Under the pieces are notes generated by a model that did not search any database, was not told the origin of the DNA, and saw nothing but the letters and a program-made list of their open reading frames with translations. 64,000 nt of DNA from Lingula anatina (lineage: Eukaryota; Animalia; Brachiopoda): the NCBI GenBank assembly GCA_051362555.1, contig CM120641.1, positions 27,038,401-27,102,400 on the forward strand. The letters are read 5' to 3'. Shown here piece by piece: positions 20,931 through 32,966 of this stretch. Position 1 is the first letter of the stretch. Every line of letters starts with the position of its first letter. The position numbers and the translations under genes are program-made.

Positions 20931-23900
20931 ATGGACTGCACAAAGGAATTGCTACATAATGGGCTTGAGGAAGCAATTCATAAGGCTGAGGCGATTTTAA
21001 AGAAGGCCAAAGATTATGCACAAGGTAATAGTTTTTCTAATGTTTTGCCTTGTGTTTAAGATTTCTAAGAGATAGAGGATAATTGATAAATAATGACTTA
21101 ATGTACCAATAAGGTGCATTTCAAAAAGTTTTGTAATTCTGGAGGGGCATATTTAGCCACTTAATTATCTTGTTAAATGTGAAAAGCTGGGTGCATCACT
21201 GCATAAGATATGAATTACAGACCTGTACACTCATATTTCAGATCTCAGTGAATTTTTTTCAAAAAGATAGAATCTTAAAAGCCTAGATATTAATTTGTTG
21301 AAATTTTGAGAAGACAGATTTTCATATACTTTTGATATATTTAGGTTAAAAGAACCTGAATTTTTCACAATTGATTTAATTTCAGAGTCTATGAAGGACT
21401 TTGCGACAGACAACCACACATGTCTTGGTGGTTTAATTGGGGTGTATTACAATCTTTTCACAAGGTAAAAATTTACTTTATAATAGGAAAATCTAAATAC
21501 AGTTTACATTAACATGCACTGAACTATCATTTTAAAATACAAAGAAAAAAAATTAAATATAAGTTGGTTATGAATCATATAAAATTATCCATAGATCTAT
21601 ACCTTTCACAACAATCATTACATTGCTGAAGGGTGAAATAAATATTATTTATTTTTCAGTTTGGGTGTTAAATCAAGACAAGAACTTGAAAAAGTGTGTG
21701 AGAGAAATTTCAGGCATTTGGAAATACAGGAAAGTTGGCATGAATTAGAAACTGTGGAGGTGAGCACTGCACTTGATGAATGTAAAGATAAATTTTGACA
21801 AAAATCATAAATGAATAAGTTTTTAGTTTTCTCTGAAAGGGTATAGTGAAATAGTTTTTAATAATGCATACTGTCACCAAGTAGAAAATGTCTGTTATGT
21901 GTCTGTTTAAACAGTAATTTTATAAAGGTAAATTGTGAAAGTTACCTTTACAACAAAATTTTCCTTGCTTTTTATTCAGAGGGAATGGAATCGGTTTCTT
22001 GATGATGTAGATAAAGAGCAATACTTTACAGAGTATACCACAGTACCTCTGCAGATTGGCTCTCCAGCTCCTGTTGACCTCCCTTTAATAAATTCTCAAA
22101 ATAATCAAACAAATTATCTCAAAGAATGGATGAACAGCAGCTACCTAATCCTTATCTTGTTGCGCCATTTTGCTTGACTGCCATGACGAGACCACATAAA
22201 AGATGTGGAGCAGAGAGAGGTAGATTGGTTTTCAGCTGATTGACTGAATTAAATTTTTGTACCTGTACATTGTTAGAAATGTTTGTCTTTTTCAATCACC
22301 AGGTTTTATTTATGTACGAGTTGATGAAATGCTAAATTTTGAATAAGAATTCAAAGCATATCATTTTAAGAATACTAGTTCATTTATCACAATGCCCACC
22401 ATGATTGATAGTTTATTTGTTTTATTAGTTCTTTTAGACTTACTTCATAAGTTATTTCTGAACTTGGTGATGTTGTGATTTCAGTCAGAACTGACAGCAG
22501 GTGGCAACAAGATAATTGTGGTCTCCTTTGGAGGGATCGAAGGTGCCCGCCAGTGGTTAGAGGTCACACAATGTCATTATGAACTCTTACTAGATCCAGA
22601 TAGAAAGGTATTTATATTCTTGCATCCTAATTCATTGAGTTTAATGGTTTATATAAACTTGTATTTAGGTTTATTGCAAATGTGCCATGTGTTTAAAACT
22701 CTGTAACATAAAAAACTTGAATAATTACCAGGTTACTTTGATGTTGAATTTGATAAATAAATCTCATGTGTCCAATTCACTTGGAAAATGTATATTTCAG
22801 TTGTATCATGCTCTTGGCCTAGGTAGATCCATGTCAAAGGTCAGTTAATATGTATTCATAAACTGAAATATTATTGAAGTAAAAATAAGTAAATTTTGTA
22901 AAAGCACAGCAGACTTTCTTTTTTGTTTTCACATAACCATAAACTGCCTTTTGTCTTTAGTAGAGCTCCCTATGACCTTTGTAATCATATAGTACACTTA
23001 GTGTGTCTGTAATATTTTGAAGGAATTCTTTTATCATTAAATTAAATGTGCAAATATAATTTAAAATCAAAAAGAAAAAAAAAAACATTGTCAATGTTTA
23101 TAATATGAATATGGCTATCATTATTCAGCAGATATGCTGAATGTTTTCTTTTGTTGAATTTCATGTAGGTGTGGAAAACTGACACGCTGAATTATTATGC
23201 GGAACAGAAAGCATCTGGACGAGCTCTTCCCAAGCCAGTGGAGGATGATCCATTGCAAGTAATGAGGAAATAAATGGAAATAAATTGGAAGATAAAAATA
23301 ATGCTAAAGAAAAGAAAGTAATATGTGATTACAATGTACTTTGTTGTATATGGCATATACAGTGTATTAGAATAATAAAAACTTTTTGCTATATCACAAC
23401 ATGAGGCAAAGGGACCATTCCCACAGATATTTGAATTGATCTATCTCCCTGGGGAGTCTCACTAAATTGCTATCAATTCAACCGGCTTAAATGTCTGTCA
23501 CAACTTGTAAAGCTTTTTAGGGGGTAATTATCTTTACCCCCTAGCTGATTTGTTAGGCGTGACAGACATTTAAGCAGGTTAGTTGATAGCAGTTTAGTGA
23601 GACTCCCAAGGGAGTTAGACCGATCCAGGTATGGGAACCCAGTCAAAGTGACACACTCATTATAGTACAGGTAGTAATGACTAATTTGTTTGGTTCCAGA
23701 TGGGTGGTGATTTTGTCATAGATCCAACTGGCCACTTGGTTTACATCCACTGCAGCAAAGACCCCACTGACAGACCCTCAGTTGAACATCTCATTCAGCT
23801 TATTAAAGTAGGTGTCCTAGAGCTACAGTACTAATACATGTTTGCAGCCCCACTTTTCTCATCTTACACATTCAATTGACTTAGTTAAGTATATATGACA

Positions 23901-24384
23901 GATGATTCTCTTATATGTACGTCTACTGGAGGACAATACATCTTTTCTGATTCTTCAGTTTAAAGGAAGTGAGACGTGTGAGTGATGAGAGTGTACTAGC
24001 TACAGTAGTACAGGTATTAGGTCTGTAGGTGTTTGTTTGTGGGTGCATGACAATAGTCCAAAGGTTAAAATGTCAGAAGGTTCATCAATGCAAATGTTTA
24101 CTTTAGAACCTCCAACCAACAAACCCAATTATTGAAAAAAAAATTGATGAAAACATTACATTTTTTTTAATGAACCATTGTACTAATGTACCTTCAGTCT
24201 AGATGCAAGATGCACCCTTGTTCTCAGATGAAGTCTGTTAGTTAACATATTTCTCCATAATATACTTCATTACTTATTATCTCATTAAGTTTTGTTTATT
24301 CATTTGATATATATGGAAGATGCTAAAATAAAGATATCTTTATATTATCAGGACCATGCTGCCACAGGACCAGAAAGCAAGTAA
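20931..24384 (+). CDS. SELENOL: Selenoprotein L (thioredoxin-like AhpC/TSA fold, UxxU motif, two selenocysteines), about 301 aa
   Basis: Exons 20931-21024, 21386-21464, 21660-21759, 21980-22219, 22485-22607, 22801-22839, 23169-23258, 23700-23807, 24352-24384. In-frame TGA at 22175-77 and 22184-86 lie within LLRHFA-U-LP-U-RDHI. Downstream: VVSFG..EGA..WL..T.C.Y..LLDPDRKLY.ALGL and DPLQMGGDFVID..G.L...H...DP.DRPSV. A SECIS is present in the 3' UTR. Confidence 0.93.
23411..23644. mobile_element. Foldback MITE, family A copy 3, in a SELENOL intron
   Basis: gggaccattccca...tgggaacccagtc, with internal inverted arms ggagtctcactaaa/tttagtgagactcc and cttaaatgtctgtcac/gtgacagacatttaag. Confidence 0.8.
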
Positions 24385-24400
24385 AATGTGTTGTTCCTTT

Positions 24401-24470
24401 TAAATGCCAAGATGACAGTTTTAGTGTAAATCAGTTCCTACTGACCACAAAAGCTTGAAGGATGCATTAA
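24401..24470 (+). promoter_or_regulatory. Eukaryotic SECIS element, type II (cis-acting RNA)
   Basis: Helix I aatgc/gcatt. Core AUGAC 24412-16 pairs with UGAA 24456-59. Helix II agtttt-a-gtg / cac-a-aaagct. Unpaired AAA at 24428-30. Apical minihelix tcagt-(tcct)-actga. Confidence 0.9.
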
Positions 24471-25419
24471 GAGGAGCTGCATTCTATTATTTCTGAATTT
24501 ATTCTTCCACCATGGATGGATTTTATCAATTGCCAATTGTACTTGATTATATCAAAATGTTTTTTTTACTGACAGAAGAATATAAAGGGATTATAAGTAA
24601 ATATACAATGGAAATGTAATCTGATAATTTATTCAAGATTATTGTTTTTAGCCTAGATAAATCAAAAATCATCTACTGAACTACAGGGTGTTCATACCAT
24701 GAGTTGAGCAACCCTCAATTGTGTAAAATGTGATATATGACCAGCATCAATGAAAAATGATTTAAAAAAGACTATTCTTTATTGGTGAGGTTATTGTTTT
24801 ACAATTAATTGGTTATTTTAGCATGTAAAAGTTTTCAGGATTATGCCTGATTTTAGGATTTTCAGTTTTTATTTTGGTCATCTTTTATCTTTATAGTCTA
24901 AGTGTGATGAGAAATTGCAAGTAATGTTTTCAGGATTTTTAGTTCTTACAACTGTCACCCTTGTGTTAGCATACAGCAAAACAATATTATGTATTATTGT
25001 TCCTGCCGTATATTAAGACTTTGTTCAATAACCATCTAAAACATTGAATCAATTGCACATGTATGGTTGAATACTAAAGATACTCAGTGAACTATCTCTA
25101 AAATTATGTTTGTCATCTTTGCTTATTGCCAGTACAATTGATGTGAATATTACATATTTTAATAAAAAAAAAACATCATTTAAAATGTATTTTAACTATA
25201 ACAGCTAGCAAAATATAGCCTTCCCAAAAGTCAATAAAAATAAGATGAATATATGTGATTTTGTAACCCAAAAATAATAAAATAAATAAATAAAATAAAA
25301 TAAAGTGTTATAATTAACTTCAAAGGTTCCATAATAGTAAATCTGACCAACTGCACCCGTGAAATTATTGCATTCTCAAACCTTACTTTCTGAGAGGTGC
25401 ATTTAGCCTATCTTGTTTA

Positions 25420-25434
25420 CAGCGCCACCTATGC
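25420..25434 (-). promoter_or_regulatory. CTCF-like motif between SELENOL and the ninein-like gene
   Basis: cagcgccacctatgc; the reverse complement gcatAGGTGGCGCTG matches the CTCF core. Confidence 0.4.
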
Positions 25435-25820
25435 TTTGCATTTCTTGCATCTAGGGAAGCTTTTTAGCAGGTGGGAGATTTGTGTGAATATTTGAATTTC
25501 TTTTGTAAACATATGTCTTCCATCACTCTCTGGAGAAGAACAAGAATCAAACCTCCCAATATTGACAATTTAGTTTGCATTCTTTCAAAGAAGAAGAGAA
25601 ATGGTAATGGATATGAATGGCAACTTTTCGGATGATTGATTGAAATGATAGCCAATAATCCTGGCGGCTGCCCATTCATATTTTTGTCGCAGCCAAAAAT
25701 GATATAGAAAGTTCAGTTCGGCATATTTGAGGTAAAATGTTACCTTTTGTAATGGAATAAACCACATTAAGAGAAATTATGTAACTGGGAACATAAACTG
25801 TGATAAATGATCCGTCCAAA

Positions 25821-26082
25821 ATGGCTGAAGACAATGAGTATGTTATGCAGCTGCGGGAGGTATTTGACAGTTGCGACCATTCCAATACTGGCTATCTAAA
25901 CAAAGCTGAGCTAAAGGAGCTGTGCATTAAGTTACAGCTGGAGGACCAGAGTGATGCAGTGATCAGACAGTTGTTAGGCAGTGATGAGGAAGGCAGGGTG
26001 AGTTTTTATTAGTATTATTTCTTTTACATGTACATGTACACTCTGGTCTAGCAGGTTTTCTACTATAACGCCCCTGTTTTTT

Positions 26083-26128
<46 letters not shown>

Positions 26129-29100
26129 TTAAATGTATTTTGATGTTGTAGATGCAACAGACATCTTTGCCATCTTTGCATTCACGTTTGGTGGCAATAT
26201 GCATGTGATGAATTATAAGCTTCTTAAATGAATGTTTGTTATATTTGTAATTGCAGGTTGGGTTTGACGAGTTTAAGGAAGCTTTTGTGTCAGTGTTGTC
26301 AAGTGCTGTTGATGCTCTTGATGATGCCTCCTCCACTGAGGATGAAACCAGTCAAAGAGAAGATCCAGGTAGTGATATTAAAATAAACCAGCTGCCTTTG
26401 TCTGTTTAATTTTATCATTGCAATATATCATGTACTGTATGCTTTAAAACAGTTGGAAATTTTTATGAATGGTAAAATTAAATATATCTTTAGTGGTATT
26501 GTAACTGAATGCAAAAATTCGATGTCCACCCAAAATCTATTTCATCATTTAGTTAGAAATAATATATTATTATTTCTTTTTGATTTTGTGATTTCAAGTA
26601 ATTTTTAAACAAACAGAGCAATATAATTATATTAGTGAATAATGCTATTACAGTATCTTATAAGATGGAAAATGTATGATTGATAATTCCATCCCATTCA
26701 GGATTATAGACTTAAGTTTCTAGGGAGAAGTTTTTTTACCAATTATTTCCTAAACCAGATTAAGAATATGATTCTGTTATTCTGTCAATAGGAGAAACAG
26801 TGTCCCCAAAGTATGTTAAAGGCAGCAAGAAATATGGCAGAAGATCGAAACCTGAGTTTGACACAGACTATTCTGATACAGATGTTAGTTATCAATCTCC
26901 TAGAAACACACCCAGAGTACGACTTGGCAATAGGGAAAGACTGTCTTCCATTGATTCAGTTGAGGTATGTTTCTTTGTGCAGTTGATTCACCAAAATACC
27001 AATGAATTGGACTAACTTTGTGAGATATTGTTTATCAGATAAATCAAGTAGGTATTCTAGAAGTAAACTATATTTTGAATAGTATAAAAGGTTTTTAAAG
27101 AGAAAAAGAGGAATTATTTTTTCAGTAAAGTTAAGAAAAACATATAAGGGGATGCTACCAAGCATCTGAGCAGAGATTGAGTTTGTTAGTTGTTCTTCTG
27201 GCCTCTTGAATGCTTTTTTGCTCCTCTTAAACAATTTAGTTCATCAGATCATAACAATTATTGTTCTTATTTGACTTTTTATTTCTATTTTTTAGAGCAT
27301 AGGGAACTCGCCAACTGACAGCAAGTTTAATAAATCAGATGACAACGTTCTAAGCAGACCTGGCAGTAAAGCTGAAATGTTTGAAGCCGAAGGTAAGTAT
27401 CAGCAAGGGAAAATTTTTAAAGATATTTAATACGATATTTCTTGAACACAGGGATTTATAAATGAACCTTGATTTTGCTTATTGAATTCTTATAAGTTCC
27501 ATATGGTTATGCTCATCATCATCATCGTCATCATCATCACTGTAATTATCATTATTGATTTCAATACCAACATACTCCAGGAATTAACCATACCAGAATA
27601 GACTGACCTATGTTAGCCCATACAATTCTAGCCTCTTTCATTAAACTTTAGATTAAAGGTTAACTTAAAGCAAATTTACCCCGAGTTTCATAGTGCACTG
27701 GAAACTCATTTCTCTACATTTTGTCAGAGGATAATAGAAATGCTGAGGCGTGCTGTAGTTGAGAGACGAGTCTGCAGTTTCCTCTAAAACTTAAATATTA
27801 CACTGGGTTGCTCTTGAAGATGAACTATTTTATATTAGGAGTAACTGTACATTGCTCTGAGATATCAATTTTAGCATAATTACATTTAATGAGAGATAAA
27901 CATGAAGGTCTACGGGTATCAACCAGGAATCTTATTTGCAATCAGAATTGCAGTTCTGTGATTTTCATTGAGTCCATCAATGTTATGATTGCTGATTTTT
28001 CTGCTGAGTGTGCGAAAATTGGGAAACTGTTTTTAGGGTCATTATGTGAAACCTTGGATGTATTGCAATTATAACTGGTCACACAACTGACTCGTTAAGA
28101 ATCTTAAACCCAAACCTGAGGATGATATACATTATTTATAGAAGAAGATGGAACATGAAATTGATTTTTAAATCAACTGTGGTTCCATACAGGTAACTGA
28201 GAATTTCTAAGTGTTTATGGGCTCATTCCCAATAATAATAATAATAATCTTTATTGGAAAATCGCAACCCGAAGGTTGAAGTTATACAAATATGTAATTT
28301 ATTTATTTATTTAAATGAAATTTTTATTCAAGTCAGAGAAGCTAATGATACTTTTGTTCTATGAAGATCAATCCAACTCTACAGGGACTCTAACTAAATG
28401 CAATCAAATTAAGAGATTTCAAAACACGACTCCTCTTGTTTCCAACATACTGGTTTCATCATTAGCTTTTTCTGCCAGGAGGAGTCATGTTAATCTCTTT
28501 ATCTGATTGCATTCAGCGAGAGTCCCCATGGAGTTGAATCTACATTGAACAATAGTTTCATTGGTAACAATATTGTGAAGTAACCTAACAACTTATCTGA
28601 ATTCACACATATGACTGGTATGTATTTGCAAATGGAATTTGGTTTTGATTAGAAAAAAATGATTACTGTACATCTATCCTTGTTGCTTAAATAATTGTAT
28701 GCTTACAGTAACTCTTCAGAAACCTTAAGTTAGCTAAGAATATTACACATTCAAACTACTCAAAAAATAATTCAGAATGACTCGAGTTCAGTAGGTATTA
28801 AATTTAGATAAGAAAGATATTTTCCTTTCAGGTTGCTAAATTCATCCCATTTAGCCAGGTTTTATTCATCAAAAGAAAAAAACTACTTAAAGAGATAATA
28901 GCTTTGATAATTTTAGCTCACATTAATAGAAAAACGTAAACACTGTTAACAATGTAAAATAATATATAATGCAGGGATTGTGGTTTATGAGTCAGTGTGA
29001 GCCCAGGCACCTGCTTTGGTTGTGTCAGTTTGATGGATATTCAGCACTCAGGTGTAGAGCTTGAAGATAATGAATCAGGAGAACTTGTAAAGAGGTCACC

Positions 29101-32100
29101 GCAGTTCTATTGAACTTTATAGCAACAGGGTGTAAGGTACTGGAAATATGAGAGATATTTGAATGGTTGTTTGATAGCTTTAAACGCACCATAAGAGACT
29201 GTGAAATGTTGTGTAACAAACAGAAAAATGATTTGGTTCAAATTCCGCATGTCAGTTTTTCATTTTTCTTTCCTTTTTTTTGGCATGCTTTTCACAATGT
29301 TGATTTGGGGTCTGACACATGCTTTTTTTAAATTCACAGTTGTACAATGGAAGCATGCAAATGGGGTCTCAAATTGTCAAGATTGTCCATTGAGCAATCT
29401 TCATGTGAGATGACATAATTGTTCACTATCAAAAGAAGCCAGTAAGTTTATCTAAAAACATAGCAACAGTATAGGGTGTGCTTCTTTGTTTATGAGACAT
29501 TTCATTAACTTCAGCCAGATCTGGTTTAAGAGCAAGATTAAACTCACGTCTGGCATAAGATGGAACTGACTCTGGTAAGGCAGTATTTATGGTGTACAAG
29601 ATAGTAAATCATTAGTGATACCTAAGGAATGCATTTTTTTTTCTGTGGGAATCTCCGGAATATTTTTTATTAAGCATGCTTCTTTTATAGTAAGTGGATG
29701 AAAATTGATAGCCTCAAACCAGCAGGATAGTGGGAAGATATCCATTAGTTTATTGTGTGTATCTCTATGTGGGGCTATATGGATGGTATTACAAGTAAAA
29801 AACTATTGCAGTTTTTAAAATCATTTTTACCTGTCAGTTTTCCGTATACTAAAGGTGGCACAGTTTTTGAAACGGTTCCTGTTCATGTTTGTTAATTATT
29901 TACACTGTCACATTTTGAAATCAAATTAATACTTTTGATAAAATCCATGACGTTTTCCATTTTATAATCTAGCATAATGATTTAGAATACTTTCAAGACA
30001 AATTAGAATGACATTTACATTAACTGCTGTGAAATTCAAGATTTTTTTGTTAGAAACTATCTTGAGATGGTCCCTGAAGACCTTTACCTATCTCACTGAC
30101 TGCATACTTTATCTAGAACGTGAGGGTTTCTGCTGCTTTAGATAAACACAGTTCTTCTGCAGGCAGCTTTGGTTAAACAACATGTAGTGCATCCCAGGCA
30201 GCCTTCATCGCTAGGCAACAATATAAGATAAAGAACTGTTGTCCATAAAGTGACTGAAATGGTCAGGTATGATATTGAAACTGCGAGAACAGTGTTAAAT
30301 AAGTACTGATGTCTGTTTTGTTTATTTTCAGATTTAAGTTGGCATTCATGGTGATACAATAAGAATTTGTGTGGCTCATTTACTTGTAACAATATAAAGT
30401 GCTTAAAGCTCTGTTGTAGAAGGATATCAGACATGTATCTGAAAGACTCCTGTGTAACAGGATGTTGAAAGGTGTTATATTGTAATTTTGGAGAGATGAA
30501 TCCAAAAGAGGTTGTTAGCCATTGATATACGTGAAGCATTGTAAATAATGGGCGGATCCAGATATTTTTTTGACAGTCTTCCAAATTATCTTTTTTGAAC
30601 TGTCCTCCATTTTTGACCGTGTTCTGACAGAAAAATTAGATGTCCTTCAGTGTAATCTAAAAAAATTCTGACTTTCTTCCAGAAGACCCAGCAGACGGCT
30701 TCCATCTGCTCCTGAATGACTTAGATTATATATTTTTATTATTACATTTTGATGTCAGTGTACGGAAAGGTTTTACACAAAGCAAGGAAGAACTGTATAA
30801 AAATATATATAATTCCTTGCACATCAGATTCTGTAAACTTAACATTTTCTTTCATTACCTAGGGAGAGTTTTAACATGAGGCATGCACACTTCCTGTGAT
30901 GAAATGATTCATGAACTTATATTGTAATTTTCTAAATAGTTTGGACAACCAGATTGAATGATGCAATGAGTTTTGGTACCTGTCTCTTGAACTAGCACAC
31001 ACCATTATATTATTATCATATTTTTTATCTAAACCACATGCTGTTATCCAGGGGCTGTGTTTCACAGCAAAAAAAATTGACAGTACATAATTTCAGCCCA
31101 GCATGTGATATATACAGAAATCATCCTCTGAGTTTAGTGAGTCAGCTGTGAAATAATAAAAAAATGTCTGTGCATTTCCAGGCCAGATGGACCAGTCTAT
31201 GAGTGCCTTAGACCCTGTCAGTGAGGAGCAGCACCTGAAGGCAATATGGAGAGAGCTGGGCGTTGGTCAGATGGGGTCACTCAGCATACATGAACTCTCC
31301 ACTGTCTGTGAACATATTGGTATGGAGGAAATGACTGATGAGGTAAGGCAGGAAACAATGGCTGTGCTCTTGGCAACTGGTACCAAATGTCAGCTTCACC
31401 TTTTATTATAAAATTTAGATTTTGATGTTATGATAAAGTTAAATTGAAAAAATTCTCATATTGAGAACGCTCCTCAAGTTTTTTTAGATATTTTTAAAAA
31501 CAAATTTAAATGAATAAACTTGGCTATTAGTTTAAGATATTGAATATAAACACTTCATCCAACAGATAGTTTATTGCAGTTTTTGATTTTTTTTAACCAC
31601 ATTGTAATTCAAACTGATGCAGTATACTAAACTCATATTCATACATAGCCATGCAATACATGATGAAATCTTTTTTTTTTTTAATTTTTCAGGAACTCAG
31701 TCAGCTTTTTGAGAGACTAGATGTAGACCAAGATGGCCAAGTCAGCTTTGATGAATTCCTCAGGGGTCTGTTCCAGCATGGGGGCTCAAACCTTCCATCC
31801 ACTCCAATCCGTCCAATAAGCTCCCAGAAACAAAAGCTCAAACTACAGATGTCCATGTCTATGAATATTGATGAATCTTTACGTGGACAGACGCCGTCCA
31901 TAGTTGCAGTTGGGAGTGGTTCTGGGGTGTTCTCTTCATTAGATGTGGGAAATACAGGGTGATTGTCTTTTTTTTTGTGTGTTTATGTGAATAATACATG
32001 GAACCACATGATTTAGAATTCCAAGCGCTTTCACGATCATTACCAGCCATAAAGTCATCCATTTTTGCCTGAACTAAAATGCATGCATTTCTTATGAAAC

Positions 32101-32921
32101 ATCAGTATAAAAGCATCACTGTGTTTTACAGTTTCCATGACTCACATGGTAAAATACAATATGTAAAGCACATAAGTAATTCCTTTTGATGTTCATGTTC
32201 ATTTGCAATACAGATAAAAGCACTACGAATTGAATGGCATATTGATAAACCAAAAGCTTATTGTTTGGTTATCTATTGTTCTGCAGCTACGCCAAACCAG
32301 AGGAAATTACAGAGTTCTGGGACAGTCTTGGAATAAAGAATACCACAGATATCTTGCAGGTACTTAAAAGTTGATTGTTGCCAAATTGGAAAATATATTC
32401 TATTTGTGTGAGCTAGATAAAGACAAAGGACCACCTGATTTTGCAACTATTTTACTAGCAAATATTGGGTAAGATATTTTTTATATACAACATAGAATAT
32501 CTATGCGGTTTTGCCACATGTTAAATTTTCATTCATATAACTCTTTTTTTTTTTGTCTTTTTCAGCATTTAGAGTTTGATACTCATTCCAAGATCCACCT
32601 AGCAGAGCTGTCGTATGCTTTGGAGCAGGAGATTATTGGTATGGAGGAGGACAACGCTGTCTACCAGGCGGCTGTGGCAACATATCAACAGGAGCTACGG
32701 CATCTCAAGTGAGTAGGATCATCAGGTGTATCAACATAGATAAATTAATAAATGAATGAATAAATAATAATAATAATAATAATAATTGTTGGAAGTGCAC
32801 ATTTGTCGGTCATACTTGGAACAGCTCACATATTGCAAAAAGTGCTGTGTGTCTAAGCTGCAGGAAGCAGCTGGCACAGATAATAGATCCAGAAGATCAT
32901 CTAAGAACTAGAGGGATTCAC

Positions 32922-32966
<45 letters not shown>

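Noticed and set aside
22175-22186. Two in-frame stops read as a pseudogene or sequencing error
   Set aside because: Both are TGA at the CxxC positions, all downstream exons are intact and in phase, and a SECIS follows the true stop.
23959-23985. Alternative last exon of SelL (FKGSETCE*)
   Set aside because: The acceptor is plausible but nothing else supports it. The 24352 exon leads directly to the SECIS.
25963-26336. Poly-Lys ORFs on the minus strand
   Set aside because: They come from an intronic poly-T tract antisense to NINL.
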